A stretch of 64,000 nucleotides of DNA from Candidatus Magasanikiibacteriota bacterium (lineage in GTDB: Bacteria; Patescibacteriota; Patescibacteriia; Magasanikbacterales; UBA922): NCBI GenBank assembly GCA_903837125.1, contig CAILTG010000021.1, forward strand, positions 11,627 to 75,626. The letters run 5' to 3'. A model generated the notes under the pieces. The model searched no databases and was not told where the DNA came from. It was given only the letters and a program-made list of their open reading frames with translations. Below are positions 49,301 through 59,498 of this stretch, piece after piece (the first letter of the stretch is position 1; each line of letters starts with the position of its first letter). A program made the translations under genes and the position numbers.

Positions 49301-50524
49301 AAGTCCGGAAATAAGAGTGGTGGTATTAGTACTACGATAAATTTCAAATCTATTAAAATCATTCTGATTGTCTACATAAGTATTCCAATTCAAAACTACA
49401 GTTTCCGGAGCGCTAGAACTGGTTGAAAGACCAGTTACTGGATTTGGAGGAATTAACTTTGGATCTATTTGCCCGGTAGTAGAAGTAAAATCTATGGATT
49501 TATTGAACAAAGGAGTAACACCAGTATTTAAGACTGAAGTATTATCAACATTTGAATTTGTTTTTATAACTAAATTATTATTTGCTGAATAAGCAAAAAT
49601 CCCCTGCTCTGTTTCATAAGAAATATTCTCTAAAGCAGAAAATTTTTCTTTGGTAAATTTATTTTTTAACAATTGACCGGAATAATTATACAAAGATACA
49701 CTGCCATCAGTAAGTTGAACCACTACTTCCAGTCCAGCATTATTTTTATCAATATCAGCCACAATTAAATTAGCACCACTGTCGCGTAAAATAATAGGAA
49801 ATCCGGTGGCAATAGTTCCAGAAGCAGAATAAGCATATAATTTATCATTACTTAAATACCACAATTCGCCATTACCATCATCAACTACTCTACTTAAAAC
49901 TGGACCAGAAACATTAATAGTCTTAACAAGATTCCAACCAGATGATCTTTGATAAACTTGTATTTCAGATTCTCCATCAACCGCATAATAAAACTTATTT
50001 TTAGCGTTGTCTGTTGAAATGTGATTTATTAAACTAGTACCAACTACAATTGGTGTAGCGGTCCAAATTCCAGAGTTTAGAGTTAACTCTTGTACATCCC
50101 CAGCAGCGCTACTATAAAGAACAGTATATTTTTGTAAATTATAATTATACAAGGAAACAATATCAAAACCCAAACCATAAGCATATAACATGACATTTGA
50201 AATTTCTGTTCCTGTACTACTATACAAATGTAAATAATATTCTCCGCTAGTTTTTCTTTCTACCACGCAAATTTCATTCCCAACTACTCCATCAAAATTA
50301 CCTACAATAGGATTGCCTTCAAAAACACCCTCTGCCCAAACAGGAAAACCAGATAACAATTTTCCTGAAGCAGAATAAACAGCCAAACCACCATCATTCG
50401 TAATCAAAATTCTTTCCGCGCCAGGACTAGCGGGATTTATTTCTCCTACACTAGCAAAAACCAAACCCGGCAGAACCAAAAACCCTAACACAGCGATTAG
50501 CGTCAACTTTAATTTTGTGAACAT
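46388..50524 (-). CDS. Large secreted surface protein: FG-GAP-like propeller, FN3-like domain, 3x LamG/concanavalin-like domains, 2x C-terminal repeats
   Basis: Signal peptide; SGFPV / GNFDG..G.E motifs; three ALQFDG...TLE.W.KP...WNH..LTYDGS...F.G.IDEIKFY units; two ~145-aa near-identical units. Confidence 0.85.
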   Translation of the reverse strand: MFTKLKLTLIAVLGFLVLPGLVFASVGEINPASPGAERILITNDGGLAVYSASGKLLSGFPVWAEGVFEGNPIVGNFDGVVGNEICVVERKTSGEYYLHLYSSTGTEISNVMLYAYGLGFDIVSLYNYNLQKYTVLYSSAAGDVQELTLNSGIWTATPIVVGTSLINHISTDNAKNKFYYAVDGESEIQVYQRSSGWNLVKTINVSGPVLSRVVDDGNGELWYLSNDKLYAYSASGTIATGFPIILRDSGANLIVADIDKNNAGLEVVVQLTDGSVSLYNYSGQLLKNKFTKEKFSALENISYETEQGIFAYSANNNLVIKTNSNVDNTSVLNTGVTPLFNKSIDFTSTTGQIDPKLIPPNPVTGLSTSSSAPETVVLNWNTYVDNQNDFNRFEIYRSTNTTTLISGLSPINTSTNMAMVSYTDNVTSGIYYYLVVVVDNDGNLTSSGDWLGPVNVSKVVPPSVINLAYSFEEQSGSTSFVDNVSGLVMGCGASYCPEAGVIGISGKALQFNGVNNFTYINNNEIISATDQITLETWIKPQPSSNYYSVVITKGFNYEISITNDGSLRAGITNASNIRAAVDAYNVVKMYQWNHLALTYDGSMIRAYVNGVKVGEQPQTGAIKNDSTPLLVGSLGDDRYPFFGTIDEIKFYKQTLTGAEIMAEYNNLKPVPVVDNELIYKLNEPVGSNQFFDQASIFPLACLGDQCPTANVPGISGTALQFDGTNDLISANDSEYLEPGQALTLETWVKPYASSNHYAVVASKGLNYELTISNDGSLRTGIVNAADTRVVFDTPNVVTLSQWNHIVLTYDGSMVRAYVNGVKVGEEVQTGAIKNDNTPLLVGNYNSNYPFFGTIDEIKFYKRVLTDEEIATEYNNSKPVPIDINSFEYKLNEPANSTKFFDTASLFPLGCSGDQCPIANVLGISGTALQFDGTNDLITANDSEYLEPGQALTLEAWIKPESFSNQYAVVATKELNYELTISNDGSLRTGITNASDVRVVFDTPNVIKTSQWNHIVLTYDGSMIRVYANGVKVGEQPQTGAVKNDNSPLLVGSYNNNYFFSGSMDEIKFYKRVLTDAEITAEYNALAPVSSSGTLDIYLGQPLTVSSTAAGSNAVVLGRFELEAKVEDIKINNLSLNITGFENISGLNLFIDGQPIGSQVFLSGSSLVIDNLNYVLNKDQRVIVELRADILPEAQVPGMFVTVNNISAEGNSSGSVINAGGLPLELQHLSLTVPTNLGTLDVYLGQPLEISSVATGSIGIVLGRFELEPKVEDVKINNLSLNISGFENISGLNLFIDGQPIGSQITLSGSNVVIDNLNYVLNKDQRVIVELRADILSEAQVPEMFATINNISAEGNASGSVINAGGLPLELQHINLLVG
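46391..47251 (-). repeat. Two near-identical ~435-bp intragenic repeats
   Basis: GTLD(I/V)YLGQPL...NAGGLPLELQH units with long identical DNA stretches. Confidence 0.9.
47270..49125 (-). repeat. Three ~620-bp LamG domain repeats
   Basis: Repeated protein and DNA motifs; boundaries approximate. Confidence 0.85.
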
Positions 50525-50602
50525 ATGATTAATATTAATTTTTAATAATTTATAATTCCCTCTATCCCCAACCCTAATTTTTTAAGATTGGGTGAGAAAT
50601 AA

Positions 50603-50964
50603 TTAATCAATTATATTCGGACTTAAAAATGTTTCTATACCACCATTCTCCAATCCTTTAATTAATCCTTTCAAACTTTCTAAATATATATATATTTATC
50701 AATACTCTCATCAATTGGTTCAATATTAATACGATATTTATAATAATATTTTATTGTTTGATCATTACTATCTGGAATTTTTCCACCATATTTTTCGGAA
50801 TTATAAAGTTCATTTTCTTTGATATTGATACTTAAAAGGGCAGATTCAACAACACCAAATTTACCAGCAACGCCCACAATCAAGCTTGCTACATTTATTT
50901 TCAATGTTTCTCTGTCACCAGAATAGTTGACAAATAATTCGCAGTTTAAATTATTAGCACTCAT
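50603..50964 (-). pseudogene. Immunity-like gene interrupted by a frameshift in a (TA)5 tract
   Basis: ORF stops at 50680 right after (TA)5; deleting one TA unit extends it by LESLKGLIKGLENGGIETFLSPNIID to TAA at 50603. Confidence 0.6.
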
Positions 50965-50975
50965 AATTAAATTAT

Positions 50976-51563
50976 TTAGTCATCCACTTCCATAGAAATA
51001 CCACGTTCAACAAAAAAATCTTGAACACTTTTTAATACAAGTTCTTTTTCTCTTTCACGTCCCACGAGTTGGACATTACCAACGTCATCTGCAAACAATA
51101 AGTAATTAACTGAATCCATGTTTCTTTCACCAAGTTTAGACATGAGACCTCTCAAAGTAAATTCTTTTGTACCAGCCATTTTTTTAAAATACTCTAACAG
51201 TACTAAATTTTCCTTATTATCCACAATCATATACATACTTTCATGCGGTATTTCATCCACGTAATGTTGCAATGTCTTTTCATCATAAACATCAACTACA
51301 TACAACAATCTGTGCATGTTCAAAATTCTGTGAATAAAAGCAAAAAATATATTACCAGAATAAAGAGGAAATTCTTTATACTTATCTAACACTGGATAAT
51401 AGTAATTACTTGCAATAATCTTCTTCTCTTTTAATTCATCACAAAATAATTTTATAAAAGAAAACCGATTAAAAGAATCTGAAAAATATTCCTGAACAAC
51501 GAACTGCAAATCAAACAAACCTGCTTGATTATTGGTAACTTTATACTTAATTAATTTTTCCAT
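50976..51563 (-). CDS. Putative cognate immunity protein of the Rhs toxin
   Basis: 195-aa ORF starting 5 nt after the Rhs stop; function inferred from position only. Confidence 0.6.
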   Translation of the reverse strand: MEKLIKYKVTNNQAGLFDLQFVVQEYFSDSFNRFSFIKLFCDELKEKKIIASNYYYPVLDKYKEFPLYSGNIFFAFIHRILNMHRLLYVVDVYDEKTLQHYVDEIPHESMYMIVDNKENLVLLEYFKKMAGTKEFTLRGLMSKLGERNMDSVNYLLFADDVGNVQLVGREREKELVLKSVQDFFVERGISMEVDD

Positions 51564-51568
51564 ATAAT

Positions 51569-54500
51569 TTATTTATCATCAAAATTAACTAAATTACTAT
51601 TATATGTATTATACGACGTAATTCCTTTAACAATACTAACAATTGGCACGAGTGGAATATGAACAGCCGACTCAAACCCACTAAGACCTAGATGCCAATA
51701 AGGTGAACCAGCTGCACTAGTTGGATGAAAACCTATATGAGCTCTGAGTCCACCACTTACTTTTTCAAGAATACTTAAGTCAGGTTTAGACCCGGCATTT
51801 ACCTTTAAAAGAGTATTTTCTGTTTCAACCAATTTTATTTGTTTAGCAGGTAGCAATTTGGACACAACACTGGTAGCTTTAAAACCAGCGAAAACGTCAA
51901 CAACATCATAACCAACATTTAAACTAGTATTTAACACAGAACCTTTTTCAGTTGTAGCATTAATAGCTTCATGAGCAGGATTGAAGGTGTAGTCCACGGC
52001 TTCTTCTTTCTCGTCAAAAATACTATTCCACATATTAACAACACCACCAGACAGTTGTGTGGTGCCTGCAACAATATTATTAGCACCCAACACACCCATA
52101 CCCACGCCACCGGCCACGGCCAGAGGTGCACCTAGCCCGCCGGTCGCGACGGTACCACCTGTAGCTAAAGTAACACCACCAGCTACTTCCACAGCTCCAA
52201 ACACAGTATTCAACCCACCCAATACAGTTTGTTTTGTTCCTTCCCACAACAAATCCCAATTTATCTCTCCACTCGGATCCGTATACTTCAATGGATTATT
52301 CTTTACATAAATATATTCATTGTAACCCAACACTCCATCGCCACGATGAATAATTGGATCTTTTGACAAGAATCTGCCAAGCAAAGGATTGTAATAGCGG
52401 GCGTTGTAATAATATAATTCTGATTCAGCATCAAATTCCTGACCAGTGTATAAATAATTACTGGTATTACTATCTTCTCCTAGTTCGCTGGCAATACTGC
52501 CAAATGGGTCATAGCTATACTGGTGCACAATTGCCCCAGTGTTGTTTGTAACCAGCACAGTGGAACCAAGAATATCTTGATTAAGATATTGCAAATTATT
52601 ATTTTGATCTATTTCTGCAATTGAGCCTAGGCCATTTACCATTGTTTTTAGAATTGTTCCGGTGGCACTTACTTCATTCAAAACAGTTAAGCCATTATTA
52701 AGATAATAAGTATTATCGCCATTTACAGCTTTCTTCACACGGTTGCCAAAATCATCATAAACAAATGCCGAAACATTATTTGTTTGATTTGGAATTTGAT
52801 AAGTAATTGAATTTAATTTATTTTCCGAATTCCAATTATAATTTACAGTTTTGGTATTTTTACCAAGCAAACTATAATTTTCTTGGATAATATTGCCATT
52901 ATTATCAGTGGCATAAGCAACATTCAATTTATTATTAAGAGACAATCCAAAAATTTCGTTGGTGTTGGCATTATAATTATAAGTAGTGGTGCCAAAGGCA
53001 GTATGGTAATTTGTTCTGTTACCCCAAGCATCATAATTATAAGCTAAATTTTGACCGGTTGCTAAATGATTATAATCAGCATTAGTAACTTGGCTTATTG
53101 AATCATAAGCATAATTAACAGTGGAAGAAGTTAATTGTCCATCAGTCAATTTAAGTTCCACCATTTGCGTTCTGTTTGATTCCTTATCATAAGTATAATC
53201 CTGTCTAAATAAAATATTAACGCCTAATTTTGTTTCTACACTCTTTGGCCTTTGCGATTCATCATAAGTATAAGTGGTAACTGTGCCATTGCCATAAGTA
53301 ACAGTTAATGGTTTGCCAAATGAAGTGTAAGTATAAACTGCCAAATTATTGGAAGCATAAACTACATTATCAAGTAGCGCGCGATTATTATAATTATAAT
53401 TTATTTTCTTATTCGCGGCATCGGTAATAGATTTTAATCCCGAGTCAACAAAATATTCTCTACCAACATTAAAAGTACCAGCCAAACCAATAATTGTTTT
53501 GGCTTCATTAGTGTTTCTATTCAAAACATCATAAGTATAAGCGGTAGTGCCGGACAAGTCACTTAAACTAAGCAAATTATTCCATTGATCATAACCATAA
53601 TTTATTTCACCTTCTGGTAAAGTTTTTTTGGTTAACCTTTCCAATTTGTCATAAGTATAGGAAACAGAATTACTATTGGCATTTAACTCACTGATTTTGT
53701 TGCTATTTTCATCATAACCAAAAGTAAAGACTTTATTGCCGGGTTCAATTCGCTTGTTTACTCTGTTTAACTGATCATATTCATAACTGGTAATTTTGCC
53801 AGCAATATTTTCTGTTAGACGGTTACTGTTGGCATCGTAAGTATAATTAATCACTGTATTTTGTGAATTAGTTTCGCTCGTCAAACGGTTTAATTTATCA
53901 TAAGCATAATTAGTCGTAAATCCACGTTTGTCTTTCAAGCTGATTTTATTATTCAACAAATCATAACCATAATCTTCATAATTGTTTAAAGAATCTATTA
54001 CTTTAATTAAGCGATTCAAAGAATCATACTGAAATTGAGTAATCTTGCTCTGTGAATCGGTGACGGTTAATTTATTTCCAGCCTTATCATAAGTATAGTG
54101 AGTATTATTATTTGCCGGATCAAATTCATCTGTCAAACGATTAAAAGCGTCATAAGTATAAGTCCAAATTCTGCTCATTTGATCTGTCTTACTTAAAACG
54201 TTACCAACTCCATCATACGTTTGTGAACTAAAATTACCTAAAGCATCAGTAATTTTTGTTTGTCTGTTCAAATTATCATACAAATAATTTATTACATGAG
54301 TATTACTAGTGCCATTGGAATTTTGACGATCAATAGTTTTAACTAAATTACCATTGGCATCATAAAAATACAGAGTATATTTATCATTGGCATCAATCTT
54401 TTTAATTACGCGGTTAGCGCCATCATAAACATAAGAAACTGAAGTTCCCAAGCTATTGCGATTGCTGACACTCAAAAATCCTCGAGGGTTTAATTCCCCG

Positions 54501-57500
54501 GTTTTGTTGCCATTGGCGTCATAAAAATATTTGGTGTGGCCATTCAAAGCGTCATCAGCCTGAAGCAAATGATCCATTAAATCATAAGAATAAATTGTAA
54601 CGTTGTTCTTGCCATCAACATCCTTAATTTTCCGATTAAAACCATCATACTCAAATTTATTGGCAAGATAATTTGAAGCGTCATAATATTTTCTGACTTC
54701 AATATTATTACCGCGCACATCATAAAAATAATCAGCCCGCGCTCCACCGGTGTTTGTTTCTTTTTTTACTTGTCCATTGTTGTAATATTCGTAAGTGATA
54801 GTTTTAACTGGGTCAGTCTTACTAATTATACGATTGGCAGAATCATAAACATATACAATTTCTCGATTTAGAGCATCCTGATCTTTTAATTTGTTCCCCA
54901 CCCAATCATACTGAGATAAAATTGCACTACCAGATTTGGTGACTGACAACAGACTAGCATTAATATCTTTATCATAAACATAAACAGTTGTTCTACCCAA
55001 TTCATCAGTAGCGCTCAGTTTGTGATCTTCTACATCATAAATAAATGTCTGATAAGTATTATCTGGATTAATAGCTTTTCTTAAATTTCCTTTAGTATCA
55101 TATTCAAAATTATACGCGTTACCTTTGGGGTCAGTATACCTAACGCGGTTACCATAAACATCATAAAGATAATTCTTTGTTACGGTTTGTGTCGTGGCAT
55201 CAGCTTGATTTACTATTAAGGATTCACTGGCAAGATAATTACCTGCTGCGTCATAAGTGTAATTAACAACTTGACCAGTCTTACTAGTGTATTTTTTCAA
55301 TGTGCCGTTGGTATTATATTCACGACGTTCAATATTACTTGTTGGATCAGTAAGAGTAACAAGATTTCCATAACTGTCATAAGCATAATTAGTTACTTTT
55401 GTTTCAACTGGTACAGTTGGAGTACTCGCCAAACTTACTGTTTCTGTCTTTCTAGTCATTCGGTTGAATGTGTCTTCATACACAAAAGTATTTACTGTGT
55501 GATAAGTAGTGTCTGGTAAAGTTTCCTTACTTAAGCGACGCTTGGTATCATATTCATAACTAATAATATTATTATTACCGTCAGTGTAAGAAATTGGCAT
55601 GCCCAAAGCACTATATGCCCACTTTTCAATGTTAGTTCCACGTTCTTGATAAATTTTTAATTCACCAGAGTTAAAACAAACCCGATCAGAATAAAAATTA
55701 TTTAAATCACGATAATTTTTAACCAAAGTACAGTGAGTTGAACCTACAATACCAGCATCTGCGACTTGGTAATCCAAAGTATAAACTTTTCTTTTCGCAC
55801 CAACAGCATCTACATTTGGATTGTATTCCCACTGTTCAGTAACCCGCCCATTACTATCAAAAGTGTTATACAAAATTGTACCACGAGGATCAGTATAGGT
55901 AAGCATTTTGCCATCGGCAGTATAAGTAAAATTTTTATCAATTGTCTCGGACACGCCATTATAAATCCGATTGCTCTGTACATGAACTAAATTACTATTT
56001 GCATCATATTCATAAGTAATTACAACTGGATTGGCAGAATTAACATTATCTTGTATACGAACAATCTTATCCCATTTAGCATCATCACTAGCTGAACCAT
56101 AACTAAATGCAATAGAACGACCAGAAGCATCTGTGATAGTTGTTAAAAGTGGCATTGAACGAACACTAGTGTAAGTTAAAGCTGTCACATTACCATTAGT
56201 ATCAACAATATTTTCCAAAACTCCCATATTTGCAGAAATAGCATTAACCGTGCCAGAAAATATATATTTAATTCCATCTAATTTCTGATAAACTAATCGA
56301 CTATTTTCCCAATATAAATTATCAAATTCTCCAACTGGCGGAGTATAGGTTGCTCCACCATCAGTAGTGGTATACGTTGCTACTGAAGCCCCACCTAAAT
56401 ATATTTCAATGTTTTTAGAAATAGGATCTTGATAATAATACATATTATAAGAATGCGCCCAACCATTACCCATTCTATTATTGCGATCAAATAATCTAGA
56501 ATTATAAGTTCTAGTAAAATTAATTGCTTCCCCTCTACCTGGCAATGAAAAATCAGTTTGCGTAAATTCAAAAGCACCAGTACGAATATTAACCGGATCA
56601 GCTGCAAAATTATAAGCTAATAAATCTGTTTTTTTACTCGTGTACGAGGCGTACTGTGCATCCTTGATTGGTTTGGCATCAACTGCTGTAATTTTCGTGC
56701 CAGCATAATATTCTTCAGAATCATAATAACTATCACTATCAAAATCTGGAGCTGGTGTAGAACCACCACCGCCACCACAAGTAGAATATCTTCTAATTTT
56801 AATATTATTTGAAGTATTAGAAATATTATTTGACTCATTAGATTCTGAAATATTATTACTTGGATCAAGAGTGATTGACACCTGATAATTTGCCTCATAA
56901 GGCATACTGCAATTGTCTTCAATATTTGCTGTCATTGTTTTGGTACCACTATACCCCGCAATTAAATTCCAACTAGACGGAGATTCATTCAACAAACCAT
57001 ATGTATTACCATTGCTAACATCTACTATCCCAGCACTATGAACCACACCATTGGAGGCAGTTGTTCCCAAATTTTCTATCGTATAACTATAAGCAATCTG
57101 ATTACCACCATACAGGGTGCCAGCGCTAGTAATGGTGCCATTGCTAGGTTTGAGATCTGGCAAAGGATTGAGATCATAAACAACACGAGAAAACACTCCA
57201 GTATAGTCATCATTTTCAGCTAATAAAGTTGTAGCGTTGGAATCATACAACTCAAGATAAGTATCAACACTTCCGCTAACTTGAACAGTCTGAATAGTTA
57301 CTACCGAACCAGAACGAGCAAAACTAATGCCATAGGCACCAACATCTGAAGTGTTTAAACCTCTGGCCTTAAAATAATAAACTTTAGAATTATAAGTAAA
57401 TTTAAACCAATCTTGATCGCTAGTTGTTAATTGCAAACTATTGTTAGTATAAGTTGTTGCAGTGCCAATATTATAAGCCTGTGAATAAGTATTATTTGGT

Positions 57501-59470
57501 TCAAGCGGATCAACTACAACGGCCGAAACTGTAATAGCTACAGAACCAGTATTATTATTTTCATATTGTTCTGTAATAGACCCTGGATAATCAGCAATAA
57601 AGCAAATATAGCGTGTTCCAGCGGTAGCATTGGTCGGTATAGTCAAAGAACCAGTATCTTGTGCTCCGGTTGCACCGGCAGCCAATGTTTCAACAGAATC
57701 AGTATCCAATCGTGTGTCACTAGTATCACAAGTGCTATCGGTAGAATAATAATAACCCATAGCTGAAGAACCGGCACTACCTGTACCGGAATTTTTGACT
57801 GTTACATAGCCAGAAATAGTTTCCCCAGGTGTGACTGTAGTTTTACTTAAACTTTTTGAATTGATTATAAGGTCTGGTAATTGAACCGCTGCTGTATAAG
57901 TAATTTGAATATATGGGCTAGAATCAGTGGTATATTCTTTGGACATGAAGACAAAAAGTCTGTCTGACCAAGAAGTCGGAGGAGTAGTACCCGAAGACCA
58001 AGCATCGGCATTCTCAACAATTAAAGCATAATAACCAGTCGGATTGTTATACCAATTTTTTACAGTATTCGTTATATACCAAGCGTACCAAGTTGATGCT
58101 GGTGTCATTGTAACAGTGGCTGCAGAATCATTGGCGGAAATATTACCTCTAATATTAGTATAACTATAAGTATTGGATAAACCAGACGGAATACTGGCAG
58201 GGTTCATAGGCGACAACAACTGTTTAGCTTTTATAGAAGCACTAGCAGCAGTTCCAGAACCATTCAAGTTGTAATACATATGAAGCATAGCTTCATCTAC
58301 TGTGCCCAAAGAAGTCAATTGAGGTAAATCAAAATACAACAATGCATGCCTTGTGTACCTACTAGTTCCACTATTATATCTGCCAAAAAAAATTCTTTGG
58401 TTATTAGCTGAATTAGAATCACAATTGCCTGCTGAATTACAGATATAGCCATCACTCTGACTTACTCCATTTAGTACTCTAAAATAAAAATTCTTAAGTG
58501 TACAAGTCATGTTGTTAGCAACCACCTCACTACAACCTTTATAAACAGGATCAATAGTTACCGGATAAACACGCTCTTTATTCAAAAGATATTTTCCTTC
58601 CATCTGAATACCAACTTTAAAAATTCGAGTTTTTCTATCAAATTTTACCAATTGTTTTGGTATGTACAAATTTGGATTTTCTATAAATTCTGAAGCACGA
58701 CCACTAGCATCAAAAGCAATTGGCACACTAATATCAATACGATTGCCTTTATTATCTTTGATATATAACCCTTTTTGAGTGATATCTCTGTCGCCAACAA
58801 TAGCAGTACCATCGGCAATATAGGCAGTATCATCTACGCCAAGCTGTATTTCTTCCCAAAAAATTAAATTTTCTTTCGCAGTAATATTTGTCGGCTTTTC
58901 TTTAATAATAATATTCTTCTGTCTAGTCTGTTCACGGTCAAAAAATTGTATATCTATCCCCTTGTAAACATCCTTCAAAAGAGAAACATTTTGATCATTT
59001 TCTATTTTTTGTTCAAGTTTTACTTGAGCAGGCTTTTCACTTATCCGATTACCATAATCCAATGAACCAGCAGAAATTGCTATACTATTATTTCTTTCAA
59101 AAAAATCTAAAGTATTATAACTATAACCAGACTTAACAGCATTACTTATTCTTGAATTCACCCTTTCATTAAACAAATTCCACCCCTTTGGTCTTAACTT
59201 TAAACTACCATCTGCAGTTTTTTCCACTTGCCTAGGATTTGCATAAATTCTCATTACCTTTTTCCCATTAGCCAATTCCACCTCATCTTTAAATTGATCA
59301 ACCACTTTAAACGCCGAATCCGGCACTGTTGTCTCATCAACAGTCCTAGATGGTGTTTCTCCAATTGCCTTTATTGGCACTGTTTCGGCTTTAACCAAGA
59401 AAGGCAAAACCAAGGCGATTAATGCCAATAAGATAACCCGCATTAATTTTACTTTTAGCATACTTCTCAT
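51569..59470 (-). CDS. Giant secreted Rhs/YD-repeat polymorphic toxin
   Basis: Signal peptide; YPVTIDP + DNRLRE-like domain; two CARDB-like domains (PDL...E..E.NN); DPVNIRTG..F.RTYNS (DUF6531-like); many Y.YD..GN repeats; YTGQEFD.ES.LYYY.ARYY.P..GRFLS.DP; NPLKYTDPSG cleavage motif; ~230-aa C-terminal domain. Confidence 0.93.
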   Translation of the reverse strand: MRSMLKVKLMRVILLALIALVLPFLVKAETVPIKAIGETPSRTVDETTVPDSAFKVVDQFKDEVELANGKKVMRIYANPRQVEKTADGSLKLRPKGWNLFNERVNSRISNAVKSGYSYNTLDFFERNNSIAISAGSLDYGNRISEKPAQVKLEQKIENDQNVSLLKDVYKGIDIQFFDREQTRQKNIIIKEKPTNITAKENLIFWEEIQLGVDDTAYIADGTAIVGDRDITQKGLYIKDNKGNRIDISVPIAFDASGRASEFIENPNLYIPKQLVKFDRKTRIFKVGIQMEGKYLLNKERVYPVTIDPVYKGCSEVVANNMTCTLKNFYFRVLNGVSQSDGYICNSAGNCDSNSANNQRIFFGRYNSGTSRYTRHALLYFDLPQLTSLGTVDEAMLHMYYNLNGSGTAASASIKAKQLLSPMNPASIPSGLSNTYSYTNIRGNISANDSAATVTMTPASTWYAWYITNTVKNWYNNPTGYYALIVENADAWSSGTTPPTSWSDRLFVFMSKEYTTDSSPYIQITYTAAVQLPDLIINSKSLSKTTVTPGETISGYVTVKNSGTGSAGSSAMGYYYSTDSTCDTSDTRLDTDSVETLAAGATGAQDTGSLTIPTNATAGTRYICFIADYPGSITEQYENNNTGSVAITVSAVVVDPLEPNNTYSQAYNIGTATTYTNNSLQLTTSDQDWFKFTYNSKVYYFKARGLNTSDVGAYGISFARSGSVVTIQTVQVSGSVDTYLELYDSNATTLLAENDDYTGVFSRVVYDLNPLPDLKPSNGTITSAGTLYGGNQIAYSYTIENLGTTASNGVVHSAGIVDVSNGNTYGLLNESPSSWNLIAGYSGTKTMTANIEDNCSMPYEANYQVSITLDPSNNISESNESNNISNTSNNIKIRRYSTCGGGGGSTPAPDFDSDSYYDSEEYYAGTKITAVDAKPIKDAQYASYTSKKTDLLAYNFAADPVNIRTGAFEFTQTDFSLPGRGEAINFTRTYNSRLFDRNNRMGNGWAHSYNMYYYQDPISKNIEIYLGGASVATYTTTDGGATYTPPVGEFDNLYWENSRLVYQKLDGIKYIFSGTVNAISANMGVLENIVDTNGNVTALTYTSVRSMPLLTTITDASGRSIAFSYGSASDDAKWDKIVRIQDNVNSANPVVITYEYDANSNLVHVQSNRIYNGVSETIDKNFTYTADGKMLTYTDPRGTILYNTFDSNGRVTEQWEYNPNVDAVGAKRKVYTLDYQVADAGIVGSTHCTLVKNYRDLNNFYSDRVCFNSGELKIYQERGTNIEKWAYSALGMPISYTDGNNNIISYEYDTKRRLSKETLPDTTYHTVNTFVYEDTFNRMTRKTETVSLASTPTVPVETKVTNYAYDSYGNLVTLTDPTSNIERREYNTNGTLKKYTSKTGQVVNYTYDAAGNYLASESLIVNQADATTQTVTKNYLYDVYGNRVRYTDPKGNAYNFEYDTKGNLRKAINPDNTYQTFIYDVEDHKLSATDELGRTTVYVYDKDINASLLSVTKSGSAILSQYDWVGNKLKDQDALNREIVYVYDSANRIISKTDPVKTITYEYYNNGQVKKETNTGGARADYFYDVRGNNIEVRKYYDASNYLANKFEYDGFNRKIKDVDGKNNVTIYSYDLMDHLLQADDALNGHTKYFYDANGNKTGELNPRGFLSVSNRNSLGTSVSYVYDGANRVIKKIDANDKYTLYFYDANGNLVKTIDRQNSNGTSNTHVINYLYDNLNRQTKITDALGNFSSQTYDGVGNVLSKTDQMSRIWTYTYDAFNRLTDEFDPANNNTHYTYDKAGNKLTVTDSQSKITQFQYDSLNRLIKVIDSLNNYEDYGYDLLNNKISLKDKRGFTTNYAYDKLNRLTSETNSQNTVINYTYDANSNRLTENIAGKITSYEYDQLNRVNKRIEPGNKVFTFGYDENSNKISELNANSNSVSYTYDKLERLTKKTLPEGEINYGYDQWNNLLSLSDLSGTTAYTYDVLNRNTNEAKTIIGLAGTFNVGREYFVDSGLKSITDAANKKINYNYNNRALLDNVVYASNNLAVYTYTSFGKPLTVTYGNGTVTTYTYDESQRPKSVETKLGVNILFRQDYTYDKESNRTQMVELKLTDGQLTSSTVNYAYDSISQVTNADYNHLATGQNLAYNYDAWGNRTNYHTAFGTTTYNYNANTNEIFGLSLNNKLNVAYATDNNGNIIQENYSLLGKNTKTVNYNWNSENKLNSITYQIPNQTNNVSAFVYDDFGNRVKKAVNGDNTYYLNNGLTVLNEVSATGTILKTMVNGLGSIAEIDQNNNLQYLNQDILGSTVLVTNNTGAIVHQYSYDPFGSIASELGEDSNTSNYLYTGQEFDAESELYYYNARYYNPLLGRFLSKDPIIHRGDGVLGYNEYIYVKNNPLKYTDPSGEINWDLLWEGTKQTVLGGLNTVFGAVEVAGGVTLATGGTVATGGLGAPLAVAGGVGMGVLGANNIVAGTTQLSGGVVNMWNSIFDEKEEAVDYTFNPAHEAINATTEKGSVLNTSLNVGYDVVDVFAGFKATSVVSKLLPAKQIKLVETENTLLKVNAGSKPDLSILEKVSGGLRAHIGFHPTSAAGSPYWHLGLSGFESAVHIPLVPIVSIVKGITSYNTYNSNLVNFDDK

Positions 59471-59473
59471 ATA

Positions 59474-59498
59474 TAAAAAAACCGCACAATAGTGCGGT
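59474..59498 (-). terminator. Terminator-like hairpin immediately upstream of the Rhs start codon
   Basis: accgcac-tatt-gtgcggt followed by a U-tract on the minus strand, ending 4 nt before the ATG. Confidence 0.65.

Noticed and set aside
44102-50560. Similar AT-rich 5' UTRs of the two surface-protein genes (attataaa...attaatca-ATG)
   Set aside because: Low complexity; similarity cannot be separated from base composition by eye.
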